NCBI GenBank assembly: GCA_035504595.1
Contig: DATJRQ010000018.1
Coordinates: 5,204 to 69,203 of the forward strand
Source of the DNA: Thermoplasmata archaeon
GTDB lineage: Archaea; Thermoplasmatota; Thermoplasmata; Lutacidiplasmatales; UBA184
DNA: 64,000 bases
Direction of reading: 5' to 3'
The notes below the pieces were generated by a model. The model saw nothing but the letters and a program-made list of their open reading frames with translations, had not been told where the DNA came from and ran no database searches. Every line of letters starts with the position of its first letter. The stretch's first letter is position 1. This document shows, piece by piece, positions 26,565 through 35,309 of the stretch. The position numbers and the translations under genes were made by a program.

Positions 26565-27901
26565 GCCGGACGCGGCGCTCCGCTCTCGGCCCGGCCGCCG
26601 GGCAAGGGGTTAAGGTCCGGGCGCTCGTCTCTAGTGGTACTCTCAGAGGCGCCGTGCCCACCAGTTGTCCGATCTGCGAGCAACCGATCCCGTCCACGGT
26701 CGGTCATTGCTCCGTCTGCGGGTTCCCGACCGCTCTGGCGATCGAGGGATTGCGCTCGCTCGGGCCGAACGGCGCGACGGACGCGGAGCTCGCGTCCCCG
26801 ACCGTGCTCGAGGTCCGACCCGCCCCCAAGACGCCAGAGCCGCCCTCCGCCGAGTCGGAACTGTGCGCGTCGATCAGCCGCGACATTCGCGGCAAGCTCG
26901 AGTATGTCCGGGAGCTCGGACGCGGCGCCCCGGACCCGACGAGCGACATGTGCCAGGCCGCGCTCAACGAGGCCGAGGGGCGCGTCAGCGAAGCGCTGGA
27001 CGTGCTTCGGCGGGCGCAGCACAGCCTCGACCGGCAGACCGACGAGGTGCTCCGGGGCCGACTCGACTCGCTCCGCACCCGCGAGAGCGCGCTGCGGGAG
27101 ACCGGCGTCCAGTTCGCCCTTGGGGGCGACCTGCGGCGGCTCGCCGATGCGGTCGACGGCGGACAGCGCGAGTCGGCGGTCGGTCTCCTCGTCGAGACCG
27201 AGCGTCGCGTGGCCCAGTTCGAATCCGATTGGCGGGGACTGCAGGGACTGCTCCGTCAGATCGACACGCTTCGGAAGGAGGCCGCCGACCTCGGGATCCC
27301 GCTCGGCGAGATCGCCGGCGAGGTCTCCGATATCCGGGACCAGCTGCGCGGGAGCGATATCACGGAGGAGGCGCTCGATGAGGTCGCCCAGGCGGCCGCT
27401 CAGACGCTGATGCTGCTGCACGAAGCGATCCCGACCTCGCTCGAGGAGGAGCTCCTCCGGCACGAGGCGACCCTCGACCGGTACCCGGACGACCACGCGC
27501 CGAGCGCCGCCGCTCGACGGCTTCACGGCGAAGCCGCCCGCCATCTCAAGAAGGGGCGGCTCTCGGACGCGGTCCAGAGCGTCCGCGAGCTCCGGCGCGA
27601 GATCGAGCGGCTCGAACAGTCGCGCGAACTCCGCGAGGCGGCGGTCGGCGCCGCGCCGGTCGCACCCGCCGCGCCGCCGCCGGTGGAGACCGAAGCGGAG
27701 ACCCTCGAACGGCTTCTCAAGAAGGCCCGCAGCCTCGCCGGGCGGGTCCGCACCCTGCCCCCGGACAGCGAGCTCGCTCGCGAAGCGGCGTCGCAGATCC
27801 GGGAGGTCACGGACCTCCTGCGGAACCGCGAGCTGCGAGGCGCCGATCAGGCGCTCGCCCGCTTGATGCGGATGCTCTCGGCCGAACCGGGAGGCGTCTA
27901 G
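26561..27901 (+). CDS. N-terminal zinc-ribbon + long coiled-coil protein (446 aa)
   Basis: CPICEQ...CSVCGF ribbon, then ~380 aa Arg/Glu/Leu/Ala-rich heptad-like sequence. Translationally coupled to the SAMP-like gene. Confidence 0.55.
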   Translation: MSRTRRSALGPAAGQGVKVRALVSSGTLRGAVPTSCPICEQPIPSTVGHCSVCGFPTALAIEGLRSLGPNGATDAELASPTVLEVRPAPKTPEPPSAESELCASISRDIRGKLEYVRELGRGAPDPTSDMCQAALNEAEGRVSEALDVLRRAQHSLDRQTDEVLRGRLDSLRTRESALRETGVQFALGGDLRRLADAVDGGQRESAVGLLVETERRVAQFESDWRGLQGLLRQIDTLRKEAADLGIPLGEIAGEVSDIRDQLRGSDITEEALDEVAQAAAQTLMLLHEAIPTSLEEELLRHEATLDRYPDDHAPSAAARRLHGEAARHLKKGRLSDAVQSVRELRREIERLEQSRELREAAVGAAPVAPAAPPPVETEAETLERLLKKARSLAGRVRTLPPDSELAREAASQIREVTDLLRNRELRGADQALARLMRMLSAEPGGV

Positions 27902-27905
27902 GCCC

Positions 27906-29069
27906 ATGCCCAAGACGACGACGGTGCCGGAGCTCCGTGCGCGGCTCGACCGGCTCTCGGTCCAGGGCCACGCGCTCGAATTGGAGGGGCTCCCGTTCCC
28001 GAATGCGAGCCTGCACGAGTCGTTCGAGCAGGCGTTGGCGGCGGGCTCGCTCGATCGCGCCGCCGCGGTCGTGAAGGGCGGGGAGAATCTCCTTGCCAAG
28101 GTCTCCCAGGACTGGACGTGGATCCGCGAACTCCTCCGACGCGCCGACGAACTGCGCGCGATCGCGGCGACGTTGGGGGTCGACCTGCAGCACCTCGACG
28201 CGCGCGTCGGGAATCCGCGCATGCGACTCCAATCGGACCCGTTGAGCTCGGGGTCGATGGAGAAGGCCGCCGCGAGCGCTTCGCTCGCGCTCGCCGTGCT
28301 GAACGACACGATCCCGAAGTACTGCGTCCAGGAGGCGCAGAACCTCGGGGAGTCGATCCGGCGGGCCCGCAATCGCGGGGAGGACGTCCGCGAATCCGCC
28401 CGCACGTTCACGCTCCTGCTCCAGGCGATCCAGGACCAGAACCTCGCCGTTTCCGCCCAGCGGCTGGTCGAGACCCGTCGCGCCGTGTCGCGGATCCCCC
28501 GGGCACCGGCGCTCCCGACGTCGAACCCGCGCGAGGAGGAGGAGATCCTGCAGGAGGCGCGGAACCTCGCCCGCCGGCTCCAGCGCATCAAGGGGAAGGC
28601 GCGCGACGCCCAGACCGCGGCTCGTCTGATGTCCCAGATCCGCGGTGCCCTGAGCGAGGAGCGGCGGTTCGGCACGCCGGAGGAGGAGATCGAGGCGCTT
28701 TGGCTCGAGGTCGACCGGATCACCCGCGAGCGACGGCTGGCGTCGGAAGTTCCGGAGCCCCCTCGGGGGGAACCCGACCTCGCCACAGCCGGCGCGGAAG
28801 GGAACGGGACCTTCGACGCCCTCGGTCCGCCGCCGCCTGGTTCGATGCGGGAGGAGGCGCCCGCTACCGGGTCGGAGGAGGAGACCGACGACGCCGAGGA
28901 GAAGGGTGAGGAGGAGGGCGACGAGGATCGCCGACCCCCGGTCGCGTTCGCCCCGTACAATCCGTACATCCCTCCGGATATACCGCTGCCCACGGACGCC
29001 GAACAGGACCCCGACTCCCCGGCGGCGCGGGCGCGCGCCCGGGGCTCGCGGGTGCGACCGCAATCTTAA
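27906..29069 (+). CDS. Coiled-coil protein with an acidic C-terminal tail (387 aa)
   Basis: Predominantly helical Arg/Glu/Leu/Ala composition; C-terminal Glu/Asp-rich stretch (EEETDDAEEKGEEEGDED); starts 4 nt after the previous stop. Confidence 0.5.
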   Translation: MPKTTTVPELRARLDRLSVQGHALELEGLPFPNASLHESFEQALAAGSLDRAAAVVKGGENLLAKVSQDWTWIRELLRRADELRAIAATLGVDLQHLDARVGNPRMRLQSDPLSSGSMEKAAASASLALAVLNDTIPKYCVQEAQNLGESIRRARNRGEDVRESARTFTLLLQAIQDQNLAVSAQRLVETRRAVSRIPRAPALPTSNPREEEEILQEARNLARRLQRIKGKARDAQTAARLMSQIRGALSEERRFGTPEEEIEALWLEVDRITRERRLASEVPEPPRGEPDLATAGAEGNGTFDALGPPPPGSMREEAPATGSEEETDDAEEKGEEEGDEDRRPPVAFAPYNPYIPPDIPLPTDAEQDPDSPAARARARGSRVRPQS

Positions 29070-29079
29070 AATACCTATC

Positions 29080-29101
29080 GCAAGTGGTTTATACCACTTG
29101 C
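29080..29101 (+). promoter_or_regulatory. gar1-tfb promoter: a perfect 8-bp inverted repeat (GCAAGTGG/CCACTTGC) flanking a TTTATA TATA box
   Basis: GCAAGTGGTTTATACCACTTGC lies ~33-40 nt upstream of the inferred gar1 start; an additional TTAAAATA sits at ~29066. Confidence 0.45.
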
Positions 29102-29133
29102 CGCGAGCCGACGGGCGACGGTCAGCGCGCGAG

Positions 29134-29364
29134 GTGGGGACGGTCAAGGCCGTCACGCCCTCGGGATTTTTCACCGTCCGCTCGGTAGGCGCCGACGTGG
29201 CGCCGGAAGGGACGAACGTGACCGACGCCCGGGGCGTCGTGCACGGCCGCGTCGTGCGCGTCTTCGGTCCGGTCGCCCGCCCGTATCTCAGCGTTCGTCC
29301 GCGCCGGCCTCCCGCGCCGGCGGAAGGGGTGGCGCTGCTCGACGCGACGCTCGTGCGCGAGTGA
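29134..29364 (+). CDS. gar1: H/ACA ribonucleoprotein subunit Gar1
   Basis: GTVKAVTPSGFFTVRS...VTDARGVVHGRVVRVFGPVARPYLSV matches the Gar1 core; GTG start inferred. Sits immediately upstream of tfb, a conserved archaeal arrangement. Confidence 0.75.
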   Translation: MGTVKAVTPSGFFTVRSVGADVAPEGTNVTDARGVVHGRVVRVFGPVARPYLSVRPRRPPAPAEGVALLDATLVRE

Positions 29365-29379
29365 GGTCGTTCGGTCGGT

Positions 29380-30348
29380 ATGGTCGATAAAGAGGTGGAA
29401 GTCCCCACGGAGAAGGCCGCGCCCCGCGCCGAGGACATGGCCGTCGCGACACGCTGCACGAGCTGCGGATCCACCCATCTTACCCGGGACTACGAGCGGG
29501 GCGAACTCGTGTGCGACGAGTGCGGACTCGTCCTCGAGGAGTCGATGATCGACCAGGGCCCGGACTGGCGCGCCTTCGACGCCGAGCAGGGCGAGAAGCG
29601 GGCGCGCACCGGTGCCCCGACGACCCTCACGATCCACGACAAGGGACTCTCCACCGAGATCGGGTGGAAGAACCGCGACCCGTACGGAAAGTCGATCCCC
29701 ACCCGCAACCGGGCGCAGCTCTACCGGCTTCGGAAGTGGCAGCGCCGAATCCGGGTCTCGAACGCGACGGAGCGCAATCTCGCGTTCGCGCTCGCCGAGC
29801 TCGACCGCATCGCGTCCGGCATGGCGCTCCCGCGAAACGTGCGGGAGACCGCGGCGATGATCTACCGAAAGGCCGTCAACCGCAACCTGATCCGGGGCCG
29901 ATCCATCGAGGGGGTCGTCGCGGCGTCGCTCTACGGCAGCTGTCGGCAGTGCAACGTCCCGCGTACGCTCGACGAGATCGCCTCCAAATCGCGGATCGGC
30001 CGCAAGGAGATCGGACGGACGTACCGGTTCATGACCCGCGAGCTCCACCTCAAGCTGATGCCGACGCGACCGCAGGATTACATCCAGCGGTTCTGCTCGG
30101 AGCTCAAACTGAAGGGCGAGATCCAGACCCGCGCGAACGAGATCCTGAAGGAGGCGACCGAGCGCGAGCTCACCAGCGGGCGGGGCCCGACGGGCGTCGC
30201 CGCGGCGGCGATCTACATCGCGAGCGTCCAGTGCGGCGAGCGCCGCACCCAGCGCGAGGTCGCCGAGGTCGCCGGTGTGACCGAGGTCACGATCCGGAAC
30301 CGCTACAAGGAGCTCACCGAGAAGCTCAACCTGCGGGTCATGCTGTAG
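29380..30348 (+). CDS. tfb: Transcription initiation factor IIB (TFB)
   Basis: N-terminal Zn ribbon CTSCGS...CDECG, B-finger and two cyclin-fold repeats. Confidence 0.95.
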   Translation: MVDKEVEVPTEKAAPRAEDMAVATRCTSCGSTHLTRDYERGELVCDECGLVLEESMIDQGPDWRAFDAEQGEKRARTGAPTTLTIHDKGLSTEIGWKNRDPYGKSIPTRNRAQLYRLRKWQRRIRVSNATERNLAFALAELDRIASGMALPRNVRETAAMIYRKAVNRNLIRGRSIEGVVAASLYGSCRQCNVPRTLDEIASKSRIGRKEIGRTYRFMTRELHLKLMPTRPQDYIQRFCSELKLKGEIQTRANEILKEATERELTSGRGPTGVAAAAIYIASVQCGERRTQREVAEVAGVTEVTIRNRYKELTEKLNLRVML

Positions 30349-30400
30349 GGTTCGCGGAAGCTTATCTCCGAATCCTCCATCGCCCGCGCGGGACGTCGCG

Positions 30401-31852
30401 TTGGCCGACGAGCTGGCCGAAACCGCACTCCGGGCCGCGACCCCGTCGGGGGTCGAGTACGCGGACGTCCGCGTCATCCGACCGAAGCGCTACCTGCACC
30501 TGGCCGTTCGGGACGGCGGCGCGAGCGCGCTCACGTCGAGCCTCTCCTCGGGCCTGGGTGTCCGGGTCCGGACCCGCCTCGCCTGGGGGTTCGCCGGGAC
30601 GAGCGAGCTCAACCCGGCCGCCGCGCGGGACACGGCGCGCCGCGCCGTGCGCCTCGCCCGGGCCGCGGGACGGACCACCGCCCGTCCGCTGCGCGTGACC
30701 GAGGAAACGGGGCCGAGCCGGGGCCGGTACGCGACCAAGCTGCGCGAGGAACCGTTCGAGGTGCCCCGCGACGATATCCTCGAATTGCTCATCGACGCCG
30801 AGAAGCGTCTCCACGTCGGTCCCGAGGTCAAGAGCGGCGCCGCGTCGTTCCAGGCGTGGGACGAGACCAAGGAGTTCCTCTCTTCCGAAGGCGCGTCGTA
30901 CGCGGCGCGCATCGTGCACGTCGGCGCGGGCGTCACGGCCACCGCCGTGCGCGGCGCCCTCGTCCAGCGGCGGAGCGCTCCGAACTCCTTCGGCGGAGCC
31001 TGCCACCAATCCGGTTTCGAGTTCGTCCGGGGTCTCGAGCTCGACGCCCGGGCGGCGTCCGTCGGGAAGGACGCCGTCGCGCTGCTCGACGCGCCGGTGT
31101 GTCCGACCGGGCCGACCACGCTCGTGCTCGGGTCGTCGCAGCTCGCCCTGCAGGTCCACGAGAGCGTCGGACACGCGACCGAGCTCGACCGGATCTTCGG
31201 CAGCGAGGCGGCGTACGCCGGCACGAGCTGGGTGTCGCCCGGAGCGATCGGTTCCCTGACGTATGGGAGCGACCTGATGAACGTGGTCGCCGACGCGACG
31301 GAACCCGGCGGCCTGGGGACGTTCGGGTGGGATGACGAGGGCGTCGCGGCCCAGCGGGTGCCGATCGTGGAGGCCGGGCGGCTCGTGGGCGTGCTCTCAT
31401 CGCGCGAGAGCGCAGCGGAGCTCGGGCTCCCGCGTTCGGGGGGCACCGCGCGGGCGGACGGCCCGGACCGGGCGCCGTTGATCCGGATGACGAACGTCGA
31501 CCTGCTGCCCGGAGACCTGTCGATGGAGGAGCTCCTGGAGGACGTCGACGAGGGGGTGTACATGGAGACGAACCGTTCGTGGTCGATCGATGACAAGCGA
31601 CTCAACTTCCAGTTTGGCACCGAAGTCGGGTACCGGATCTCGCACGGCGAGCTGGGGGCGCTGGTGCGGAACCCGATCTACGCCGGCATGACGCCGGAAT
31701 TCTGGCGCTCGATGGACGCCGTCGGCGACGCCTCGACGTGGCAGCTCTGGGGGGTCCCGAATTGCGGAAAGGGCCAGCCGGGGCAGGTGGCGCGCGTCAG
31801 TCACGGCGCGCCGGTTGCCCGGTTCCGCCGGGTGGCGGTGCGCGGGGCGTGA
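30401..31852 (+). CDS. tldD: TldD-family metallopeptidase
   Basis: HESVGHATELDRI (HExxxH) motif and overall TldD/PmbA architecture. Confidence 0.85.
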   Translation: MADELAETALRAATPSGVEYADVRVIRPKRYLHLAVRDGGASALTSSLSSGLGVRVRTRLAWGFAGTSELNPAAARDTARRAVRLARAAGRTTARPLRVTEETGPSRGRYATKLREEPFEVPRDDILELLIDAEKRLHVGPEVKSGAASFQAWDETKEFLSSEGASYAARIVHVGAGVTATAVRGALVQRRSAPNSFGGACHQSGFEFVRGLELDARAASVGKDAVALLDAPVCPTGPTTLVLGSSQLALQVHESVGHATELDRIFGSEAAYAGTSWVSPGAIGSLTYGSDLMNVVADATEPGGLGTFGWDDEGVAAQRVPIVEAGRLVGVLSSRESAAELGLPRSGGTARADGPDRAPLIRMTNVDLLPGDLSMEELLEDVDEGVYMETNRSWSIDDKRLNFQFGTEVGYRISHGELGALVRNPIYAGMTPEFWRSMDAVGDASTWQLWGVPNCGKGQPGQVARVSHGAPVARFRRVAVRGA

Positions 31853-33234
31853 ACGTGGCGAGCCGCACCCCCCGACGGCGGGACGCGATCGCGGAGTCCG
31901 TGCGCGGACTCTCTTCGGGGACGAGCGCCGACCTTCGCTGGACCGAGTCCCTCTGGACGACGATCCGGTTCGCGAACGGTCGGATCCATCAGCCGCACCA
32001 CGAGTGGAACGTGAACCTCTCCTACCGGTTCGCGGACGGGAACCGGCTCGGAACGTCAACGACCGGGGACACGAGCCCCGCCGGGATCGACGAGGTCGTT
32101 CGGTCCGCACGCTCGCTGGCACGGGTCGCGCCGAAGGAACCGAAGTTCCCCGGATTCCCGACCGACTCGGCCCCCCGCCCGCGGCCGGTCGCCTTCTCGG
32201 CGGCGACCGCACGGATCTCGCCGGAGGAAGCGACCCGCATCGCCGAGCGGATTCTTACCGCCGCGGCGTCCCGTGCCCCCGGGGCCCGGATCGCGGGCGT
32301 CGTGAACATCGGCACCGAGCGTCGAAGAGTCCTGAACTCTTCCGGTCTCGACCGCTCGACGAGGACCTCCGCCGCCCAGGCGAGCGTGCTCGTGGACCGG
32401 CCCGATCGGGACCCTCCGGTCTCGGGATGGTCGGAGGGAGCCCACTTCGACGCGGCGAAGCTCGCGCCCGAAAAGATCGGGCGCGAGGCCGCGGAGCGAG
32501 TGGCCACGACCGCGCCGGTCTCCGTCGCACCGGGAGCGTACCGCGTCGTGCTGCGGGACTCGGCGGTGGCGAGCATCATCGAGTTCCTCGCGGCGCTCGG
32601 CTTCGGCGCGAACGGCGAGGTCGAGGGATGGAGCTGCCTGCGACGACTGCGGGGCAAGTCGGTGGCCCCCCCGGCGATCGACCTCGTGGACGACGCCCGC
32701 TCCCGAGGGACGTTGCCCGGTGCGATCGACTACGAGGGCGTGGCGACCCGGCGGACGCCGCTCCTCGAGCACGGTGTGGCGCGGCCGGCGGTGACCGATG
32801 TGGTCACTTCCGGACGGCTCGGCCGGCCGCTCACGGGCCACGCGGTTCCGCCGGAATCCCCCTCGGGGGAGTGGGGCCCGGTCCCCACGCATCTTCTGCT
32901 CGCGCCGGGGGACGCCAGCGAAGAAGAACTGATCCGCTCGACCCGACGGGGCCTTCTCGTGACCCGATTCCATTACGTTCGGGTCGTCGACCCGGGGCGG
33001 GGCCTCATTACGGGGATGACCCGCGACGGGACCTACCGGATCGAGAACGGGGAGGTCGTCCAACCGGTGCGCAACCTCCGATTCACCGAGAGCGTCCTGA
33101 CGACCCTGAAGGGGACGGAGCTCGTCGGGCGGGCGACGCGCGCCCACAACACCGACGGTCGCGGCGGATTCACGTCGACCTGTCCGGCGATCCTCAGCCG
33201 GTCGTTCCGTTTCACCTCCGCCACCCTCTTCTAG
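31849..33234 (+). CDS. TldE/PmbA-family peptidase partner
   Basis: TldD/PmbA-fold paralog lacking HExxxH. GTG start overlaps the tldD stop (GTGA), so the ORF-track start at 31738 was rejected. Confidence 0.7.
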   Translation: MNVASRTPRRRDAIAESVRGLSSGTSADLRWTESLWTTIRFANGRIHQPHHEWNVNLSYRFADGNRLGTSTTGDTSPAGIDEVVRSARSLARVAPKEPKFPGFPTDSAPRPRPVAFSAATARISPEEATRIAERILTAAASRAPGARIAGVVNIGTERRRVLNSSGLDRSTRTSAAQASVLVDRPDRDPPVSGWSEGAHFDAAKLAPEKIGREAAERVATTAPVSVAPGAYRVVLRDSAVASIIEFLAALGFGANGEVEGWSCLRRLRGKSVAPPAIDLVDDARSRGTLPGAIDYEGVATRRTPLLEHGVARPAVTDVVTSGRLGRPLTGHAVPPESPSGEWGPVPTHLLLAPGDASEEELIRSTRRGLLVTRFHYVRVVDPGRGLITGMTRDGTYRIENGEVVQPVRNLRFTESVLTTLKGTELVGRATRAHNTDGRGGFTSTCPAILSRSFRFTSATLF

Positions 33235-33255
33235 GCCGCGTCGCTCGGACGAACG

Positions 33256-33900
33256 ATGCCCCGTCCGCTCCGCGTCGCGGTGCTCGCGTCCGGGGAGGGA
33301 ACGACCCTCGACGACCTCGCGACGGAGGTCGAGTCCGAGCCCGAGCGCGTCCGCATCGTCCTCGTCGTCTCCGACCGCGAGGGCGCCGGGGTGCTCGAGC
33401 GGGCGCGTCGCCACGCGATCCCGACGGACGTGATCCGGAGCCGCGGACCCGGCACCGAGGGCTGGTCGGCCCGCCTCTCCGAACGGCTGACGGACGCTCG
33501 GGTGGATGTGGTGCTGTTGGCGGGGTACCTGTCGATCCTGCCGCCGGACTGGGTCGACCGCTGGAAGGGGCGCGCCCTCAATCTCCATCCGTCGCTGCTG
33601 CCCAAGTACGGCGGGAAAGGCATGCACGGCCTCCACGTCCATGCGGCGGTGCTCGCCGGTGGGGAGACGGAGACCGGCGCGACGGTGCACCTGGTGACCG
33701 GGACCGTCGACGGGGGTCCGCCGCTCCGGCAGGAGCGGCTCGCCATCCGTCACGACGATACCGCGGAGTCCCTGCGCGCGCGGCTCCACCCGGTCGAGGT
33801 CCGTCTGGCGGCTCGCACGCTCCGCGACTTCGCGGACGACGCGCTCCCGCTGCCCTACCCGCGCGACGCGGCCCGCGCCGACGTTCCGCGGCGCGACTGA
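33256..33900 (+). CDS. purN: Phosphoribosylglycinamide formyltransferase (GAR transformylase)
   Basis: N-terminal VLASGEGT, NLHPSLLP and the formyltransferase core. Confidence 0.85.
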   Translation: MPRPLRVAVLASGEGTTLDDLATEVESEPERVRIVLVVSDREGAGVLERARRHAIPTDVIRSRGPGTEGWSARLSERLTDARVDVVLLAGYLSILPPDWVDRWKGRALNLHPSLLPKYGGKGMHGLHVHAAVLAGGETETGATVHLVTGTVDGGPPLRQERLAIRHDDTAESLRARLHPVEVRLAARTLRDFADDALPLPYPRDAARADVPRRD

Positions 33901-34322
33901 CCCCGGCCCGACCGCCCGGCCGGGGCGAGCAGCTCGGCGAGCGGGGTCGGTCGCGGCGGCAGCTCTCCCGCGAGCCGGTGGCGCGTGGTCTGGACCGGAA
34001 ACAGCTCCCCGGCGTGCGCCCGCCGGACGACCTCCGACTTTGACACCTCCGGCCCGGGGCTCCACCGGCCGATCGACACGACATCGCTGTCGTAGTCGAC
34101 GACCCACGCCGGGACGCGTCGCGCGCCGAGGCGTTTCAGCGCGGCGTACCGGTGATGCCCGTTGAGGATGACGCCCGAACCCCGCGCGACCCAGATCGGC
34201 TCCTGGGAGACGCCGGTCGATCGGATCTCCTTCACCAACCGCTCGACCTTCTTCGGGTCGACGTGCTCGTGCTCCCGCAGCGACTCGATCGGGACGAGGG
34301 CGAACTCCACCGGGTCGGTCAC
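33855..34322 (-). CDS. ParB/Sulfiredoxin-fold (ParB-like nuclease domain) protein
   Basis: ...ILNGHHRYAALKRLG motif (ParB/Srx GHHR). GTG start overlaps the stop of the FAD-subunit gene (GTGA); the upstream part of the long ORF is antisense noise. Confidence 0.55.
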   Translation of the reverse strand: MTDPVEFALVPIESLREHEHVDPKKVERLVKEIRSTGVSQEPIWVARGSGVILNGHHRYAALKRLGARRVPAWVVDYDSDVVSIGRWSPGPEVSKSEVVRRAHAGELFPVQTTRHRLAGELPPRPTPLAELLAPAGRSGRGQSRRGTSARAASRG

Positions 34323-35305
34323 GCGGCGGGCCCCCGGCGCGCCTCGTGGATCGCGCGGCGCACGTAGACGTCGACCATCCGCTTCCGATAGTCCGGCAGG
34401 AGGAATGTGTTGTGGACGGGCCGCACGCGCTTGGCGACCTCCTCCGCAAGGGTGCGGACGCGCTCGTCGGTGAGCGAAGACCCTTCGAGCGGGGCCGTGA
34501 GGTCGTCGAACCGCTTCGGGTACGACTCCGCGCCGCCGATCGCGAGCGCGAGGCGCTCGACCCGACCTCCGTCGTCCCATCGGCCGGCCACCGCCACTCC
34601 GAGCTCGGGGAAGTCGTACGACGGCCGGACCCGGAGCTTCTTGTAGCGGCCCCGGAGCCCCCGCGCCTCGGGCGGCAGGTGGACCGCGACGACGAGCTCG
34701 CCGGGGGCAAGACGGGTGCGTCGGATCCCGTCGCCCGCCGCATCGTACAGCTGGGCGAGGGGGAATCGCCGCCGTCCACCGGCGCCGGCCACCTCGACGT
34801 CGGCGCCGAGCGCCATCAGGGCGGGAGCGAGGTCGCCGGAGAACGTCGCGTAGCACTTCTCCTTCTGCGGGACGACGTGGCACCGATCCCCGTCGGCCTT
34901 GAGGCAAAAGCCGAGGCTCGCGCGCCAGAAGTAGCTCTGATTGAAGAAGAAGCACCGGGTCTCGACGAGCAGGTTCCCCCCGAGCGTTCCCGACGACCGG
35001 ACGAGCGGTGTCGCGACCTCGGCGAGCGCGTCCGCGAACCCCGGATACTCCGCGAGCAGTTCCGCGTCCCGCTCGAGGTCGGCGAGGCGCTCCATCGCTC
35101 CGATCCGCCCGAGGTCGTGGCCGGTGAGCTCGCGCACTCCGTCGAGCGCGATGAGATGCGGCCGGAGGTTCAGGTGCATCTTGTAGTTCGGCAGGAGGTC
35201 GGTCCCCCCGGCGAGGTAGTCGAACCGCCCCGCGAGGTCCCCGGCGAGACGCGTCGTCTCGTCGATCGAGCTCGGGCGGTGCAGCTCGAACGGGTCGAGG
35301 TGCAT
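34319..35305 (-). CDS. Molybdenum hydroxylase FAD-binding subunit (CoxM/XdhB-like)
   Basis: FAD-binding 'GGTDLL' motif region and CO-dehydrogenase flavoprotein C-terminal domain. Confidence 0.8.
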   Translation of the reverse strand: MHLDPFELHRPSSIDETTRLAGDLAGRFDYLAGGTDLLPNYKMHLNLRPHLIALDGVRELTGHDLGRIGAMERLADLERDAELLAEYPGFADALAEVATPLVRSSGTLGGNLLVETRCFFFNQSYFWRASLGFCLKADGDRCHVVPQKEKCYATFSGDLAPALMALGADVEVAGAGGRRRFPLAQLYDAAGDGIRRTRLAPGELVVAVHLPPEARGLRGRYKKLRVRPSYDFPELGVAVAGRWDDGGRVERLALAIGGAESYPKRFDDLTAPLEGSSLTDERVRTLAEEVAKRVRPVHNTFLLPDYRKRMVDVYVRRAIHEARRGPAA

Positions 35306-35309
35306 GGAA

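Noticed and set aside
25433-28993. 1186-aa minus-strand ORF
   Set aside because: Antisense to the SAMP-like and coiled-coil genes and overlaps the KaiC-like gene; Arg/Ser/Ala-rich junk typical of GC-rich shadow frames.
32056-34779. 907-aa minus ORF and 742-aa plus ORF (31815..34043) spanning tldE/purN
   Set aside because: Shadow frames; the real genes (TldE, PurN, ParB-like, FAD subunit) are recognisable in other frames.
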